Shown here: one piece after another, positions 1-14,487 of the stretch | Layout: each line of letters starts with the position of its first letter | Position numbering within the stretch: position 1 is the stretch's first letter | NCBI GenBank assembly: GCA_012295275.1 | Contig: CM022671.1 | Coordinates: forward strand, 30,256,001-30,320,000 | Reading direction: 5' to 3' | DNA length: 64,000 bases | Source of the DNA: Chrysomallon squamiferum | Lineage: Eukaryota > Animalia > Mollusca | Position numbers and translations under genes: made by a program | Notes under the pieces: generated by a model | Databases searched by the model: none | What the model was told of the DNA's origin: nothing | The model's input: only the letters and a program-made list of their open reading frames with translations

Positions 1-2093
1 ATTTTGTAAACAAGCAGTTTAATATATAATAAATTTTAAATAAATAATAATAAAACTTTTTTTTTTTTTTTAAATGATCGCTATTAATGATTATAATAAT
101 TCATAATATTAACCAGTTCTACGTCAGGTTTTAAATTCTATTTTATCAAACATTCTAATGATATTTCACCTGTCAAGATCATACAGAAACAAACAACAAT
201 GCAAAATGTTACCTCAGCACATGAATGCACCTTTAAGAAAACAAAATATTCCGGTTCAAAACGATCCCAACGAAATTCACCAAAAAACAAAAAAAAAAAA
301 AAAAAATTCCTGCCACAACACGGCATTGGTTGTGAAATATCCATCTTCGAAAGCCTCGATACCATTGTAACCTCGTTTGCAGAATTATTCTGTGTGTTCG
401 AAACCATTTAACAGTTCAACCATTACGTATACACGTCATGTAATCGCAAATTAAAGTACATCGAGTGTATTGTTAAATATAACATTTCTTCGTTCTTTTC
501 TTTCTTCTTTCTTCCTTCATGCATTAATTTATTTTTCTTAAATGAAATGTGGAAACATTCAGTATTCTTATTTTTGGGGAAGATGATTTTTTTTTTTTTT
601 TTTTTTTTTATTCCCACTTCGGTGAAATTCGTTTCATCTTGAAAATTATATAATACGCAAATTATGGCGCGTTACTTTTCTGTAATTCTGGAGTCGTCTC
701 TTTCTGTTATATATAATGAATGGTATCTTGGCTTGTATGAATAACACCAAGCTATGTGTCTGCGTGTATTTGCTAAACTTACCACGTGGTGTATGTGTGT
801 GTAAAAAGTGAAATAAAAGCAGTGAACTGAACAAAGTGTTTGTCGATATTTTGTTTATCTTTAATGTATATAATAAAAATAATAATAATAAAAAAATAAA
901 AAAAAAATAATAATAATAGTAGTAGTAAATTATGTTTAATTATTTTATTTTGTTTTGTTTTGTTTTAATTAATTAATTCGTTAATTTATTTATTTAATTT
1001 TTCATCATTAGTTTATTTGTATAAAATGAACTTCTCAAAATCAAAGTCAGTTTAGTTCTTTAAATACATGCATTTATAAATAAATAAATAAATAAATAAA
1101 TAAATATCACACAGAAAAGAAAAAATTAATTAAAAAGTACAATATCACTGGAGGTATAACCAAAACATATTTAGACTGCCATTAGAAATACACTCTACTA
1201 CTGCGGTAAGCAATTACAAACAAATTTGTTTTCAGAGTTTTATTTTTATACAGTCATAAAACAAACAGAAATAAATTATATCAAAAGACAAACAGCGACA
1301 TCATACATCTCTCTGTTTTAAGAATCAGCAAGTGTTAAAACAGTAATATATCAGATAGGGAAGATTATTTTTTTTTTTTTTACATTCTTTAAACAAAACA
1401 AATTAATATATATGTGTGAATTCTTCGTATTTAAACGTAAAATCAATTTCCAGTTAACAATATGCTATTTTCCTATTATCCGAAATAGAGAAATGTATTT
1501 ATTGTATATGACTTGAGGAATAAATTTCAAATTTCCCCAAGTCTTTGTATTCAAATATAAGCTTATCTTTCAAATAAAGATAAGTTATTTAACTGTTAGG
1601 GGAAATATACTTGATTTTGTTGGATTAACAATATTTCGTTGCTAAAAAAAAAAAAAAAAAAAAATAAAAAAAAAAATATTCGTGGTTGAAACAAATTCTT
1701 CAAAAAAAATCAGTACTGCAAATAAAGATAACTATATACTTTTGTTTGCCATCAGAATTTATATTTATATTTGAATAACGAATTTTGTTTTCCTTTTTTG
1801 ATAACGATGCCTTAAAAATCACAATCATGATGATCATAATAAAAATAATAACTACTCCACAAAACCTCACAATATTGCAAAGAAAGTCAGCTGTGAAAAA
1901 AAACAAAAAACCACATCATAATTATCAAGTTAGTTTTCAAGCTGCGTTTTTATGACTTTAACAATGTAATTGTCTTTCTTGGAAACCTCTCTTGTATATG
2001 TTGAATTATAGAAGACCACTGTCGTTATAAAATATCTACACAGTATTAGCATATCTCATTAACAACAATTCCAGATAATGATAACGGTAGCCT

Positions 2094-2154
<61 letters not shown>

Positions 2155-2959
2155 CATCTCTCTGTCTCTCCACTCCCTCAGAATCCTCATTGTTATTATA
2201 TATAAAAAAATACTTAAAATTACATATATATATATATATAATTTTTAATTCATTTAACCTCTATTTAATATCCAAAAACTGAATACGTCTTTTTGCCGTC
2301 GATATCAAGTCATTGATGACGTTGTTGTGAACTTTTTTCCTATCGAAATACTGATAACTGCAGTGAAATATTACACACATACAATATCAAAATAATTAAT
2401 TGTCAGCGAGTAGATTTTTGATGACGTGGAATAATGATGATGATGATGATGATGATGATAATGGTTTTACAAAAACAAAAAAAAAAAAAAAAAAAACAAC
2501 AAAAAAAATAAAAATAATAAGGAAAGAAAAGAAATTCACAAAGCACTGATGAACAACACCAGAGATATAATATTAAAAGCATACTGGATAGGCCAGTAAT
2601 AGTATTTCAGTTCTTGAATGCGACGGTCTTGTAGGTAAGTATACAAGAAACCAACAGAAGCGGAATTTAATGTCGCTCTATACGTTCTTTAATTGCTGTC
2701 ATTTCAATCACCGACGCCAAATTACGACTTTCTCTTTCAAATTACGACTTTCTCTTCCTCCAGCACTAAGCCATCTGCTCCCATAAACAAGAGCAATATC
2801 TTTTTAGCACGTGATCACTCCGCTGGAATACGCATTTTCTTTCTTCCAGTCTTTTTTCCTTCTTCCTATTTTTACCTCTATTTTATAACCTGGTGGCATT
2901 TTAATGATTATATTAATTGCACAGTATGTTCATTTTGGTCTGTTGTATTTCTGCTTCGT

Positions 2960-3339
2960 TTATGTCGGCGAAACGTGACCAAAACCACGGTGCATCGAAC
3001 CCACGTGAAGCGGCAGGATGCTCAATGGGCGCGGGGCTGGTAAAGGGGAATAACTGGATGTAATGATAGGGTAGGGTAAGACGCGCGACAGACAGAGCGA
3101 TCTGCGGTTGTAAAGTTCAAACGAATCGCTCAGAGAAGTAGCACTGGAAAGAGTGACAGCGTCTTTAGTGTCAAATAATCGTAGGCTTTTCTCGTGGCAC
3201 TTCACGTTGTCTTTCTCCGCCGTTCGAGAACTGTCGGGCTTAGTGTCGTCTTCGCAACTAGTCTTCGTTTTCTTTTCTCGGGATTCTTCGTCATCGTTCG
3301 TGCTGTTCCGCCTTTCTTTACAAACAGCAGAAGTTTCGT
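2960..3339 (-). CDS. Poxn: Pox neuro, last coding exon (exon 4)
   Basis: Acceptor TTTTTCAG at 3340-3347. Phase 1 matches the exon 3 end (G|AC = Asp). Open frame DETSAVCKERR...HRGFGHVSPT to TAA at 2960-2962. Little recognisable homology, so assigned by splice phase and composition. Confidence 0.7.
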
Positions 3340-3644
3340 CTGAAAAATAAATGAATGAATGAATGAATGATGAAATAAATAAATAAATAAATAAAAAGAA
3401 GAAGAAACAGGCTACATGATGGCTGACATTCGCATGATTTCCCATTCAAACCAGTGGCTCTTTAACAAAGTTTAAGATGTCGGCTTTCCTGTCCAATTGA
3501 ATTACGTATACATGACAACTACCATGTCATCGATTGGTTACCAAGAGAGTAATACATTTAGCAATTACATGGTCATCATCCTAAACACAATCGCTACAAA
3601 CAGTAACAATGTAACAGCAATGACAACGACAATAATAATAATAA

Positions 3645-3697
<53 letters not shown>

Positions 3698-4269
3698 ATA
3701 GTAGTAATGATGATGTTGTGTATGATGATGATGACGACGACGATTATTATGATGGCATTGATAACCTAGATATTTTATACAAAACCTTTCCCTTTCAAAA
3801 TTTCATGTAATTACAAACGCCCACTCTAACAAAAGAAATAATTTTTGAAAAAAAAAAAAAATAAAAAAAAAAAAAATAGAAAAAATGGAGGCAATTTGGA
3901 ATGAATGATTGTTTTGCAATGAACAATGACTTTCGGCAGTTAATAGGAGATTCACGAGATTTTCTTAGTCAAAACTGGAAAGCAAATAAAAAAAATATTC
4001 TCAGTATTACATACGATTAATCTTCGTATATCATTAAGTGTATATTTGTGTATGTATGCGTTTCTGTACCAATTTCTCGTGTACAGTACATATGCGTATG
4101 TAAATGTGTATGTGTGTGTACGCACACGCACGCACACACACACACACACACACACACAAACAAACACGAGAGCGAGATTTGCATTTATATTTATCTGGCT
4201 TTAGAAACAATCATTCTCACTCCCAAATAACCTCCTTACGTATAACATATATTTTAATTTAATATAATG

Positions 4270-4390
4270 TCCCGAATTTCTGCGTTACAATCAAGACTTG
4301 AACACGCAAGTATTTGATTACGGCCGATATGGAGAGGCGAACCCAGTACCTTCCAGCCAGAAACAGTTTCACCACTACGCTAACAAGACG
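4270..4390 (-). mobile_element. Degraded tRNA-derived SINE head
   Basis: Minus strand has an A-box-like TAGCGTAGTGG (4372-4382), then GGCTGGAAGGTACTG, then a B-box-like GGTTCGCCTCTCC (4331-4343) at Pol III spacing. No cloverleaf. Boundaries approximate. Confidence 0.4.
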
Positions 4391-5413
4391 ATCTGAACAA
4401 CACTTAATACGTCTGTATTTAAACTCAGACGATAATTTACGCTTCATCGTGAAGCGAAAATGCCGTCGCCTCTCTGAAGTGAATTATTTATTAGCTTTTA
4501 TGATCAAATAATTTGCTGCGACAATTAGAAATCTCGGTTCGAGTTCCGTTCTGGCGAAGGCAATCTTTATCTCCAGTCTGAAAACACCTGCCATTGCAAA
4601 AGGTTTTGATAAACGCGTGCACCCTCCAGCGTATGCGCGAAATAGCACACTCGCTCAGCGATTAGTCACTTTGACTGACGGCGCAACGAGCATGCGCAAA
4701 CGACAAACTGAAAATGGTCTTGCCGTGTTCCGACATTTTTTTTTTTTTCTTGGTGTTTTGGGATTGTTGTTTTTTTGTTGTTGTTTTTTTGTTTTGTTTT
4801 TTAAAGTATATATTTATTTTATTTTATTTTTTTTAATTTACATTACTTTATTTTATTACATATTTATTTATTTATTTATTTATTTATTTGTTTGTCTGTT
4901 TATTTATTTATTTATTTTTTTATTTTTATTTTTTTATTTGTTTATATATTTATATTTATTTTTTTATTTTTGTTATCATTTTTCTGATATATTTCTGTCA
5001 TTGTTTCTTTCTTTATTTATTTATTCATTTACTGTCTGGTTGTTTGTAGTCAGATTAGAATTATATATATTGTTTTAGCTACACATGCACAAAATGAATA
5101 ATTAAATAGGAGATTTGCAATAACAAGTTTTTTTTGGTTCAATTCGATAGCATTTTAAATAGACTTCTTTAACGAGAATCAGTCAACGAATGAATGGAAA
5201 ACAAACAAATAAATAATATAAAAAAATCCCCCAAAACATAAATAAAATAAAATGAAATTAAGGAGAAAAATGTATTTAATTATCTTCTATTAACCTACTC
5301 GGCTTTACTCATCATTATCATTATCATTATCATCATCATAGTAGTAAGAGCAGTAGTATTAGCAGCAGCAGCAGCAGTAGTAGTGTAGTAGTAGTAGTAG
5401 TAGTAGTAGTAGT

Positions 5414-5451
<38 letters not shown>

Positions 5452-5455
5452 TAAC

Positions 5456-5486
<31 letters not shown>

Positions 5487-6344
5487 TGGTAATTTAGATT
5501 CCTTCATGAATTGATTATAATAGTATTAACAATTATGATAATAACAATATTAGTATCAATAGTGTACATTTTTTTAATAATAAAAAAAAATTAAAAATTA
5601 ATCAAGGCATTATTTTATGGCGAACCTGTTACATTAATTAATTCACAAACTGGGTCACAATCTGTTGTTCACTCGCAGGAACTGAGATAGAACAAAAACA
5701 AGTTGTTTGGAAAACCGTTTCACAAATGGCGTTCGAAGCCATATGTTGACACGTAGAAATCTTTTGTGTTTCACCGTAAACCATCGTGGCTGATCATAAT
5801 AGTACTTTCCTGTCCGGTATTAAACGTTTTTATGCTAAACAAGTGTACGTTATGCGTATCCTCTATCATTTAATTAAAATTTGAAATTAATGGCTCGGAA
5901 TAATCTTTTAAACTGATAGACCGGGGAGATAATTAAAAAGCGATTCAAAACCGTTGATGATACCAAAACATTTTGATTCATGAATGTTTCTAAATTCTGC
6001 GTGGTAAAAAAAAAAAAAAAAAAAAAAAAATTGATCTTGCTAGCACCTTTTTGTAGGTGTTTTTAATGTAGAAAACAGTATTTACAATGAATTTTTTTGT
6101 TTCAGGTTCACTTAAAATAAAATGAAAACAAAAGTTTTGTCGTTACTAAATATAGCAACACTATATTTAGTCCGCTGGAAATTAAGTAATAATTATTATT
6201 ATAGGTAGTAGTAGTAGTAGTTTTACTTTACATCCTTCATATATTATTTTATATTATTATTTTTTAAACTACATTATTATTATTATTATTTATTATTATT
6301 ATTGTTATTATTATTTATTATTATTATTATTATTATTATAATTA

Positions 6345-6421
<77 letters not shown>

Positions 6422-6678
6422 GAATTATTATTAGTAGTAATAGTAGCTAATTCGTTTTCTGTTTTTGAAAATAAAAAAAAAAAAAATAAATGAAAAAAAT
6501 GAAAAAAAAAAAAAAAAAAATAGAAGAAGAAGAAGATAGAAAAGGAAAGTCCTAAAACAAACAAGCAGATAAAGGAATAAATAAAAAGAAAAGTGGTAGG
6601 GATAAATTATGTTTCAAAGGTAAAATAAAAATATAATAAAAAATAAATAAAAAAAAAAAAAAAAAAAAAATAAAATAA

Positions 6679-6712
<34 letters not shown>

Positions 6713-6968
6713 CCAAACCCATCCTTAAAGAAGGAAATATATGTTCAGAACTATCGAGTAGAGGATGAACTTTAACATGTAATTTTGAAAGAAAACACAT
6801 TATTTTTTGTTTTTGTTTTTTCTAGTATAATAACAGCAAAACATCGTCCTTATAATAAAAATATATAAAATAATTTAAATTAAAAAAAAAATTAATAATA
6901 ATAACAATAATAATAATAATAATAACAATAACAACAACAACAACAACAACAATAATAACAATAATAAC

Positions 6969-7012
<44 letters not shown>

Positions 7013-7671
7013 AAATAAAACAGGACAAGAAAGGGTTCAGATAATGTTCAAGAAAAGATCATAATTATATTAATAAAAATAGTTTTGCTAAATCTGCTTT
7101 AGAACTTTCAAAAGAACTTAAAAATACTTTTCTTTACTACTGCTGCAACATACAGACGAGCTGATTGTAGATAACTGCAAAATTAATTTCTGGATTAACG
7201 AATGATAACATAAAGTACATTATCAAATAGACGAAATGTATGTATTAATACATTAAATAAAAACGAAAAAATGGGAATATTTCCCGTAATGATTTTGATA
7301 TTTATCTGCTTTCGTCATCATCATCATCCACATCATTTTCTTTGATTCTATTTATTAGAAGAAGAATTTTAAATATACATGTCTTCATAGGCATTGTTAT
7401 GATCACCTTAGCTGCAACGGTTTTTGCTGTTGTTGTTGTTGTTGTTGTTTTTCATTTTAAATCCAACATTATTAAACCGCCCGTTCCACCCCAAAAATAA
7501 TAATAAATAAAATAACATAAATAAATAAATAAATAAATAATGACACAATAAATATAAAAAATATAAATAAATAAATAATAGTAACAGTAGAAGTAGTAGT
7601 AGTAAATAAATAACTAAATAAATAAGTATGTAAGTAAATAAGTAAATAACTAAATAAATAAATAAATTTAC

Positions 7672-8116
7672 CTTTAGATATTTTTTCATGTTTTCTTTTA
7701 AGACCAAAAGCTTTTTCTAGAGTTTTTTCCGTCTCGCTCGGATCACTTTCTGTTGAGATTTTTGAATTTCCGTTTGGTTCCGGGTTTAAAGGTTGCACAA
7801 GTCTTGGGAACGACAGCCCTGGCACGGCAAACGGGTACCAGGCCGGGTGGAACGGCCTCACGGGCATCATGGACATCCCTGGGGGACAGGCCGGTGACAT
7901 CCGGCTAGCCAATTCGAGGCTGAACTGCGAGACAACGTCTGCGGTGCACGTGCTTGCGTTACGTAATATCCGGTTGATGGAGCTGACGCTGGGAATGGTG
8001 GTTTCGTCGCAAACTCTCTGAGCTAAGAGCTGGTCGCGAATTTCCCAGGCGAATATCGACGGGTTTTGTTGTTTCAGATCGAGAATCTTTCTCACCACCA
8101 GAGGTGTAGCAACTTG
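7672..8116 (-). CDS. Poxn: Pox neuro exon 3 (RED subdomain of the paired domain plus Pro-rich region)
   Basis: TTTTCAG acceptor, then [53 protein letters not shown]. Ends at G|GTAAAT donor (7671). 445 nt, phase 0 to 1. Confidence 0.93.
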
Positions 8117-8192
8117 CTGAAAATAAAATAAAATTATCAGTATATCAGTAACGAAATAATATTAGAGATTAGTGTAAAAATAAAAACAAATA

Positions 8193-8961
8193 CAGTGGTA
8201 CCTTGACTTACGAGTTTAATTCGTTCCGGGACCGAGCACGTATCTCAATTTGCTCGTATATCAAGTCATTTTTCCCAACTGAAATTAACTGAAATACCAT
8301 TAATCAATTCCAAACACCACCCCATTTAATAAAAAAAAAAAAAAATTGTAACATTTTAAATAAGAAAAATGTGTTTATATTGACAAATATTGTACAAAAA
8401 AAAAAATAAATGAATGTAAAGAAATAAATTGGTTTTGTAAAGTGTATTTATCTTGGAGTACAGAAAAATTATTTTAAAATCTTCGGCTGGAGCTGGAGCC
8501 TTTATCGACTCCTTCAGCTTCAGTATGGCACATATCGTAGAAGTACTACGCTCGTACTGCCTAGCTAAGTCGACTGTATGCACAACTCGCTCATGTTTTT
8601 CTACGAATTCAAGCTTTAATTCAATGGACATCATCCGCTTCTTCTTCTCAGTACTGTCCATTGCACTCACTTTCTTCGGATCCATGGCCAGAAAAAAGAA
8701 ATTTGGGAAAATACTGCACAGAACGCGAGCACAACACAACAGAGATGCTTCCTCGCCGAGGTAACGATGTAAAGTAAACCAGTGAGACTCAGGAAGCTGG
8801 CCGGATGTTATGTTGTTCGTTGCGCCAACTAGCGGCGGCGTATCTTAAGCTCGCTCGTAACTCGGATTGTTGTTCGCAATTCAAAGCAAATAATCGCCCC
8901 ATGGCCTGCTCATAACTCGAAAAACTCGAAAGTTGGACACTCGTAAGTCGAGGTACCACTG
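8193..8961 (-). mobile_element. Internally deleted Tigger/pogo (Tc1-mariner superfamily) DNA transposon, 769 bp
   Basis: TIRs CAGTGGTACCTTGACTTACGAGT / ACTCGTAAGTCGAGGTACCACTG (1 mismatch), flanked by TA on both sides (8191-8192, 8962-8963). Internal ORF MDPKKV...KKRMMSIELKLEFVEKHE...DLARQYERSTSTICAILK is the CENP-B-type N-terminal HTH of a Tigger transposase. No DDD domain. Confidence 0.92.
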
Positions 8962-9385
8962 TACTGTATTATGAAAACAGTTAGATATCAAACGTACACT
9001 ATAATTAGTAATGCCATCAGTTTTTAATTAACAGGTCTTGCGAATTCTTTACTAAATAAATAATTACATTATAGCCAATAATAATATATTTATCATAATC
9101 ATTAATGTATTCATAGTACATCAAGATGTTGTTGGGGGCTTTTCTGGTGGGTTTTTTTGTTTGTTTTGGGTTTTTTTTTTTAATTATATAAATATATACA
9201 CACACACACACACACACACATCATCATCATCATCATCTTCATCACAATTTTTATACTTCTACAACCACAGCACCACTTTACGTGAAAATAAGTAAAGTTT
9301 CACTTTGTTATACACCCACCATAATTATTTATTTATTTATTTTATTATTATTATTATTATTATTAAATTATTTTTTTACTGTTAC

Positions 9386-9606
9386 CTTTGGCTTGCTGCC
9401 GCCTATGGAACCGGGTTTTATTGATCCTGTTTCGTAATATCTCGTGAGAATCTTGCTGACACATCCATGAGACACGAGCAGTTGGCGGGAGATGTCGCAT
9501 GGTCGCACGCCCATCTGCGCCAGTTCCACGATTCGCCTTCGGACGTGATCCGGAAGCGGCCGACCGTTTACGAAGACACCACCGAGCTGATTAACACCAG
9601 TCTGCC
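9386..9606 (-). CDS. Poxn: Pox neuro exon 2 (PAI subdomain of the paired domain)
   Basis: TTTTTGCAG acceptor. Translates [77 protein letters not shown]|GTAAC donor. QLLVSHG, KILTR and PGSIGG are Poxn-type residues. Absent from the ORF track. Confidence 0.96.
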
Positions 9607-10226
9607 CTGCAAAAACAAACAGAGAAAAGTTATTAGTATCATCATCATCATCATAAAAACTATTGTTACTGTTATCATCATTATCATTACTGATATATTA
9701 TAAGAAAAACTGGACGGTTGACATACACACATGGCTAGTTTCTTTTCTTTATTACGTTATTAGCAAACTTTATTTTTAGCAAACGGTTTGTCGACATGTC
9801 TTCAAAAAAGTATTAAAAATATGCATATTTAGGAATTCTATTCGCAACACAGCGAATTAACTTCCAGTCCAAACGGTTTGAGTATTGGAATTCCTAGACG
9901 AAAGATACGGTATTTAAATTTTTGGTCACGATCAGTTTATAACATATAATTATAGCGATATTGGTTTCTTTTTAAACTCCAATTTTTTTTTTTTTCTATT
10001 TTTTAATGGCGTCGATTATTACTTTTTAATTACTCCGAAGAACGAGAAACAATTTCATAACCAATATAAATCGTGTTTGTGTTATTTAATTATTAAAATT
10101 TTAATTATGGAAATTTGTAAGAAAAAGAAAGAAGATATTTTTGAGGTAATAAATCTTCTATAGCAAGTCTATAAAAAAAAAAAAAAAAAAAAAAACCTTT
10201 CGAAATCCTTCTCTTATAATATTTTT

Positions 10227-10271
<45 letters not shown>

Positions 10272-10598
10272 CAATTTAGCTGAAGTCCCAACAATTACTT
10301 TTTGATAATTTACGAGTTTTGAGCCGCTCAAATCGAGCGCGGTGGGAGTGAAAGGGTTAACATATTCCTTATTGTCGGGGTGACGTCACTGGAAAACTCT
10401 GTGATTGCCACGCAGCGTTACGTCCTTCCAGCCAGGCCGTGCAGTCTGACGAAGCAGAAGGAAACTCATACATTCTACCCCAGCTGGAACGTGTAAAGCT
10501 CGTCATTAGCGCGTGGTTAAATTTCAAATTTTAAACACTTTTTAAACCGCTTTTAAAACGATCCGTCTGAAACGGGGTGGTTGTCAGCCGAAGAATAA

Positions 10599-10632
<34 letters not shown>

Positions 10633-11018
10633 ATTTCAGAATTATTTATGGCAGGTTAATATGTTTATGCACTCCATTAAATTATGTTGAAAAGTAGAGA
10701 ATAATAATAAAAAAAAAAGTGATTGATAACGAGGCAAGGCAACAACTGTGTGTGGGGGGAACGTCCCAAGTCGGTGATGTTGCGAGTTACACTGAATGAA
10801 AGAAGTTCATGAGGTGACCTTCAGCATCGTGTTTCCGCCGCCTTCCTTTTCACAACAGCTTTAAAACGAATGTTAAATGAAACAGAAACTTTCCATCTGA
10901 CAAGCAGAGAAAATGAAGAGCGAGGCAAAAAGCGAACAAACTGGTATCGGGCTCGTCTTGGAAAAATTAAATTATTTACATTTCAGGAAAAAAAAAAAAA
11001 AAAAAAATAAAAGAAGTA

Positions 11019-11077
<59 letters not shown>

Positions 11078-11213
11078 AAGAAGAGTGTAATAGTTATGAA
11101 TATACTGTTACTTTTTATAACTGCAACGACAGCTACGATGACAACTACAACTACGTGTATTACCACTACAAAAATTTAGAAAATTACCAAAAAAAAAAAA
11201 AGAAAGAAAGATA

Positions 11214-11254
<41 letters not shown>

Positions 11255-11635
11255 TAAAAAATAATAATACTTGTTACTTACTTCTAAACAGTAATGAAAT
11301 ATATTGATTAGATTTATAATTAATCGCTAGTAAAACGGTTACATCCAACAGATAAGGATGCCTATAATTTATTTGACCCAAGGAAAATAGCTTTGATAAC
11401 TGAAGTCTGAATATAAATAGAATATCGAGTAACATAATGTCTTTCATAAACAGACGTCAAGTAATGTAATTAGCCGAAATGATTTTCAGTATAGTGCATT
11501 GTATAAGTACTCAAGCAAATTTTCTGTTTCGAACTTGACTAAATATATATATATATATATTAGCTTCTTGTTTAAATGCATTCAGAAAAAACAATTGCCG
11601 ATTTTTTAATTAATTTATTTATTTATTATTATTAA

Positions 11636-11684
<49 letters not shown>

Positions 11685-12836
11685 TTCGTAACAGAAAACA
11701 GTTTTGAAGTCAAAATGTCTGCTCATTGTTGTTATTCAACAGTTTATTTGTATTTATTGTACATCTGGATGGCAACAAAATAGTTAGGCCTTGTGTACTG
11801 CGAAGACAAAGGTGGAAAATAAAAATGAAAAAGAAAGAACATCGAAACAAAACGAAAAAAATACTAATAATAACAAAAAGAATAATAATAAAAGAATAAA
11901 GACTGTGGGATTTGAAATAAACGAGAAAAAGAAGCAAAACAAAACGAAATTACTGACAATTATTCTCTCCCCTTATTAACCAATCTAATCCGTCCTGACC
12001 ACATTTTCGTAGAGATTATCTCGAACAATACGAGCGAACGAAAATGGTTAGATGGTTATAATTATTTAATAATCATATACGAAATAAGGTAACGATATCT
12101 GTACAGAACCGTGGTCCAGAAATCGTGGGGTTTTTTTTTTCCTCCATCAACAATACTTTTCTTTTCTATCTTTTATTCTTTTTGTGGCCAATACTGAATT
12201 GTTTAGCGTTCACGCTTGCCATATTGAAAATTACCCACAGGAGCGCATTTAATTGTAGAGTACGAATAACCCCAAAGAAACGGTTAATGCGCAGCGGGGG
12301 GTATGACACGTGACCGATGGTGGTTTCGACTACGATGGGTTTTATTTTAAAGTTTGTTTCTTTGCTTCATTCACTAAGTTGTCTAATGCTGTTTTTATTT
12401 ATTTGTTTGTTTGTTTGTTTGTTTTGTTTTGTTATTTCTTCTTTTATTATTGTTGTTGTTGTTGTTGTTGTTATTGTTTGGTGGTGATGATGATGATGAT
12501 ATTGTTGCTGTTGTACTAGAAAGCGTTCACCTCCAGTTTCAGATCATTTAGACATTTGATAATCCACCAGCACTTAACATATAAATAAATAAAATATGAA
12601 GAGGAAAAAAAAAAAAATAGAAAAAGAAAAAAAAAAGAAAAGAGAGGGAGATAAAAAGCAAAACAAATCACAATTCAGACATAAATGCCTTATAATAAGT
12701 ACTTGATTATGTGTCTTTAATAAAAACCCACGTTAAATTAAATTTTCTCAGTCCACGATCAAAGAGTAAAGACGTGGGAAAAAAGCGAGGGTAAATCGTG
12801 TTTTTCTTTCACAGGCAGGTAACAAAATGAACTCAC

Positions 12837-12849
12837 CTGTATGCGGCAT
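12837..12849 (-). CDS. Poxn: Pox neuro first coding exon (MPHT-G), 13 coding nt
   Basis: ATG CCG CAT ACA G|GTGAGT matches the MPHTG N-terminus of Drosophila Poxn. Phase 1 fits exon 2. An in-frame TAG lies 45 nt upstream, and a TTTCAG acceptor at 12896-12901 implies a further 5' UTR exon. Confidence 0.9.
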
Positions 12850-13516
12850 CCTTTGAAGTGGTTCACTACCTGTGCAGTGTCGTTTACAAATCTACCTGAA
12901 AGCATGAACAATAATTAGTATAAGACATGGTACGTAAATGTTCCCATTAGCAAAACGATTTAAATTAAGACCACTTCTCGACTCACCCGACTCCGTGTTG
13001 GAATGCATAAACGTACACACAGGCAAACTACGTTGTAACAAAGCAAGCAGTTAGGCGCACGAAACACATCACCCGTTACGGAGCGTTCTGCCCACAACAA
13101 AAAGTGACATTAAAATATTTTAGACGTTTCTAATGTGAAGCTACGACTGAAATAAAACTCTAATTGATATAAAATGGGCATCCATATACACATTTATATA
13201 CGCGCATATTGCCCTGTCACGGCAAATGAAAACGAGTCATTTTTTTCTTTCTTTCTTTCTTACTCTCTTCAAGTATTCGAGAAAACATGCAAAAACGAAA
13301 GCTTTGTTGACTGATAATCTGAGAATTTGCTTCTTGAACTACTGATCTAGAAATATATATCTATGACAGGATATGTAAAACTTTTTCATAACACCATCAG
13401 ATTTCCTTTGGTCACGACAAGGCAGAATACATATGTCTACACCTTTATACACTATTAAACAAGGCACATATTATATATATGCATACATACATACATACAT
13501 ACATACATAGATTCAT

Positions 13517-13573
<57 letters not shown>

Positions 13574-13692
13574 AACGCCTCTGTAAACAAAATGGAAGTT
13601 CCAAGATAAATCATTTTTCATTTCTTTTTTATATTATTTTATTTCATTATTTTGTGCTGAAGTATTCACTACTTTAATACTTTCGACCTTTC

Positions 13693-13754
<62 letters not shown>

Positions 13755-14229
13755 CTTTTTTCCCCTCTTTTTTTTTTATATTTTTATTTTTTTATTTTTA
13801 TAACGACAGATGACTGACGTGGAAAGGTTTGTCTCTGAACTAATAAAACAAACTGTTTTCTCCTCTCGCGGCTGGAGATCACACACCCTCTTTCTCTCTT
13901 CACAACATTTCGCCCTGTGTTAATTGACTCAAACTACGTCACGCTCATTTCCTTCGAATGAAGACGTACGTCAAACTGATGCATTAATCCAGAGATATAA
14001 ACACCGAAAGTGTATGGCGAAAAAAAGAAGAAAAAAGAACTATGGCGTGAGACCAACATGGCGGCATTTTCTTTTTCTTTATTTTTATTTTTATTATTAT
14101 TATTATATATTTTTTTTTTTCCCCTCTACTCAAAACTGCGAATAGATATCACTCCACATGTCTTTTGTTTGAAGGAATAAAAGCTGAATGGAGCGCTGGG
14201 ACCCGATGTCTGTTTAAACTTGTTCAGTT

Positions 14230-14455
14230 TTCGTGAGAGAGTCGATGCGGTTAAAACGAACATCTGAGGTGTTGTCGATCACTGAATCAAATCACCATAG
14301 CATACGCGTTGGCTGTTCCCCAGTGCAACTGTACCATAAGTCTGGTTTGTTCTAAGCCTCTGATGTATGTCATCTCCTGTCTATGGGATGATTCCTTTCC
14401 TGCATACACTAATCTATATTAAAAATGGCCGTAATGGCAGTGGATTTCTTCTTCA
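14230..14455 (+). mobile_element. Degraded SINE, resembling the mollusc Meta-type core
   Basis: CCAGTGC...TGATGTATGTCATCTCCTGTCTATGGGATG...GGCAGTGGATTTCTTCT resembles, from memory, the GGTATGTGCTATCCTGTCTGTGGGATG...CAGCGGGTTTCCTCT core of mollusc SINEs. Boundaries approximate. Confidence 0.4.
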
Positions 14456-14487
14456 GTATTTCAGTAATAACTGGTGCATTAATAATA

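Noticed and set aside
7472-7671. Hydrophobic C-terminal tail of ORF 7472..8098 suggesting a membrane-anchored Pax protein
   Set aside because: Intron read-through past the GTAAAT donor into (TTTA)n repeats.
10270-10360. Possible piggyBac right end (...GTGAAAGGG TTAA)
   Set aside because: No matching left TIR found nearby, so it is kept only as a motif observation.
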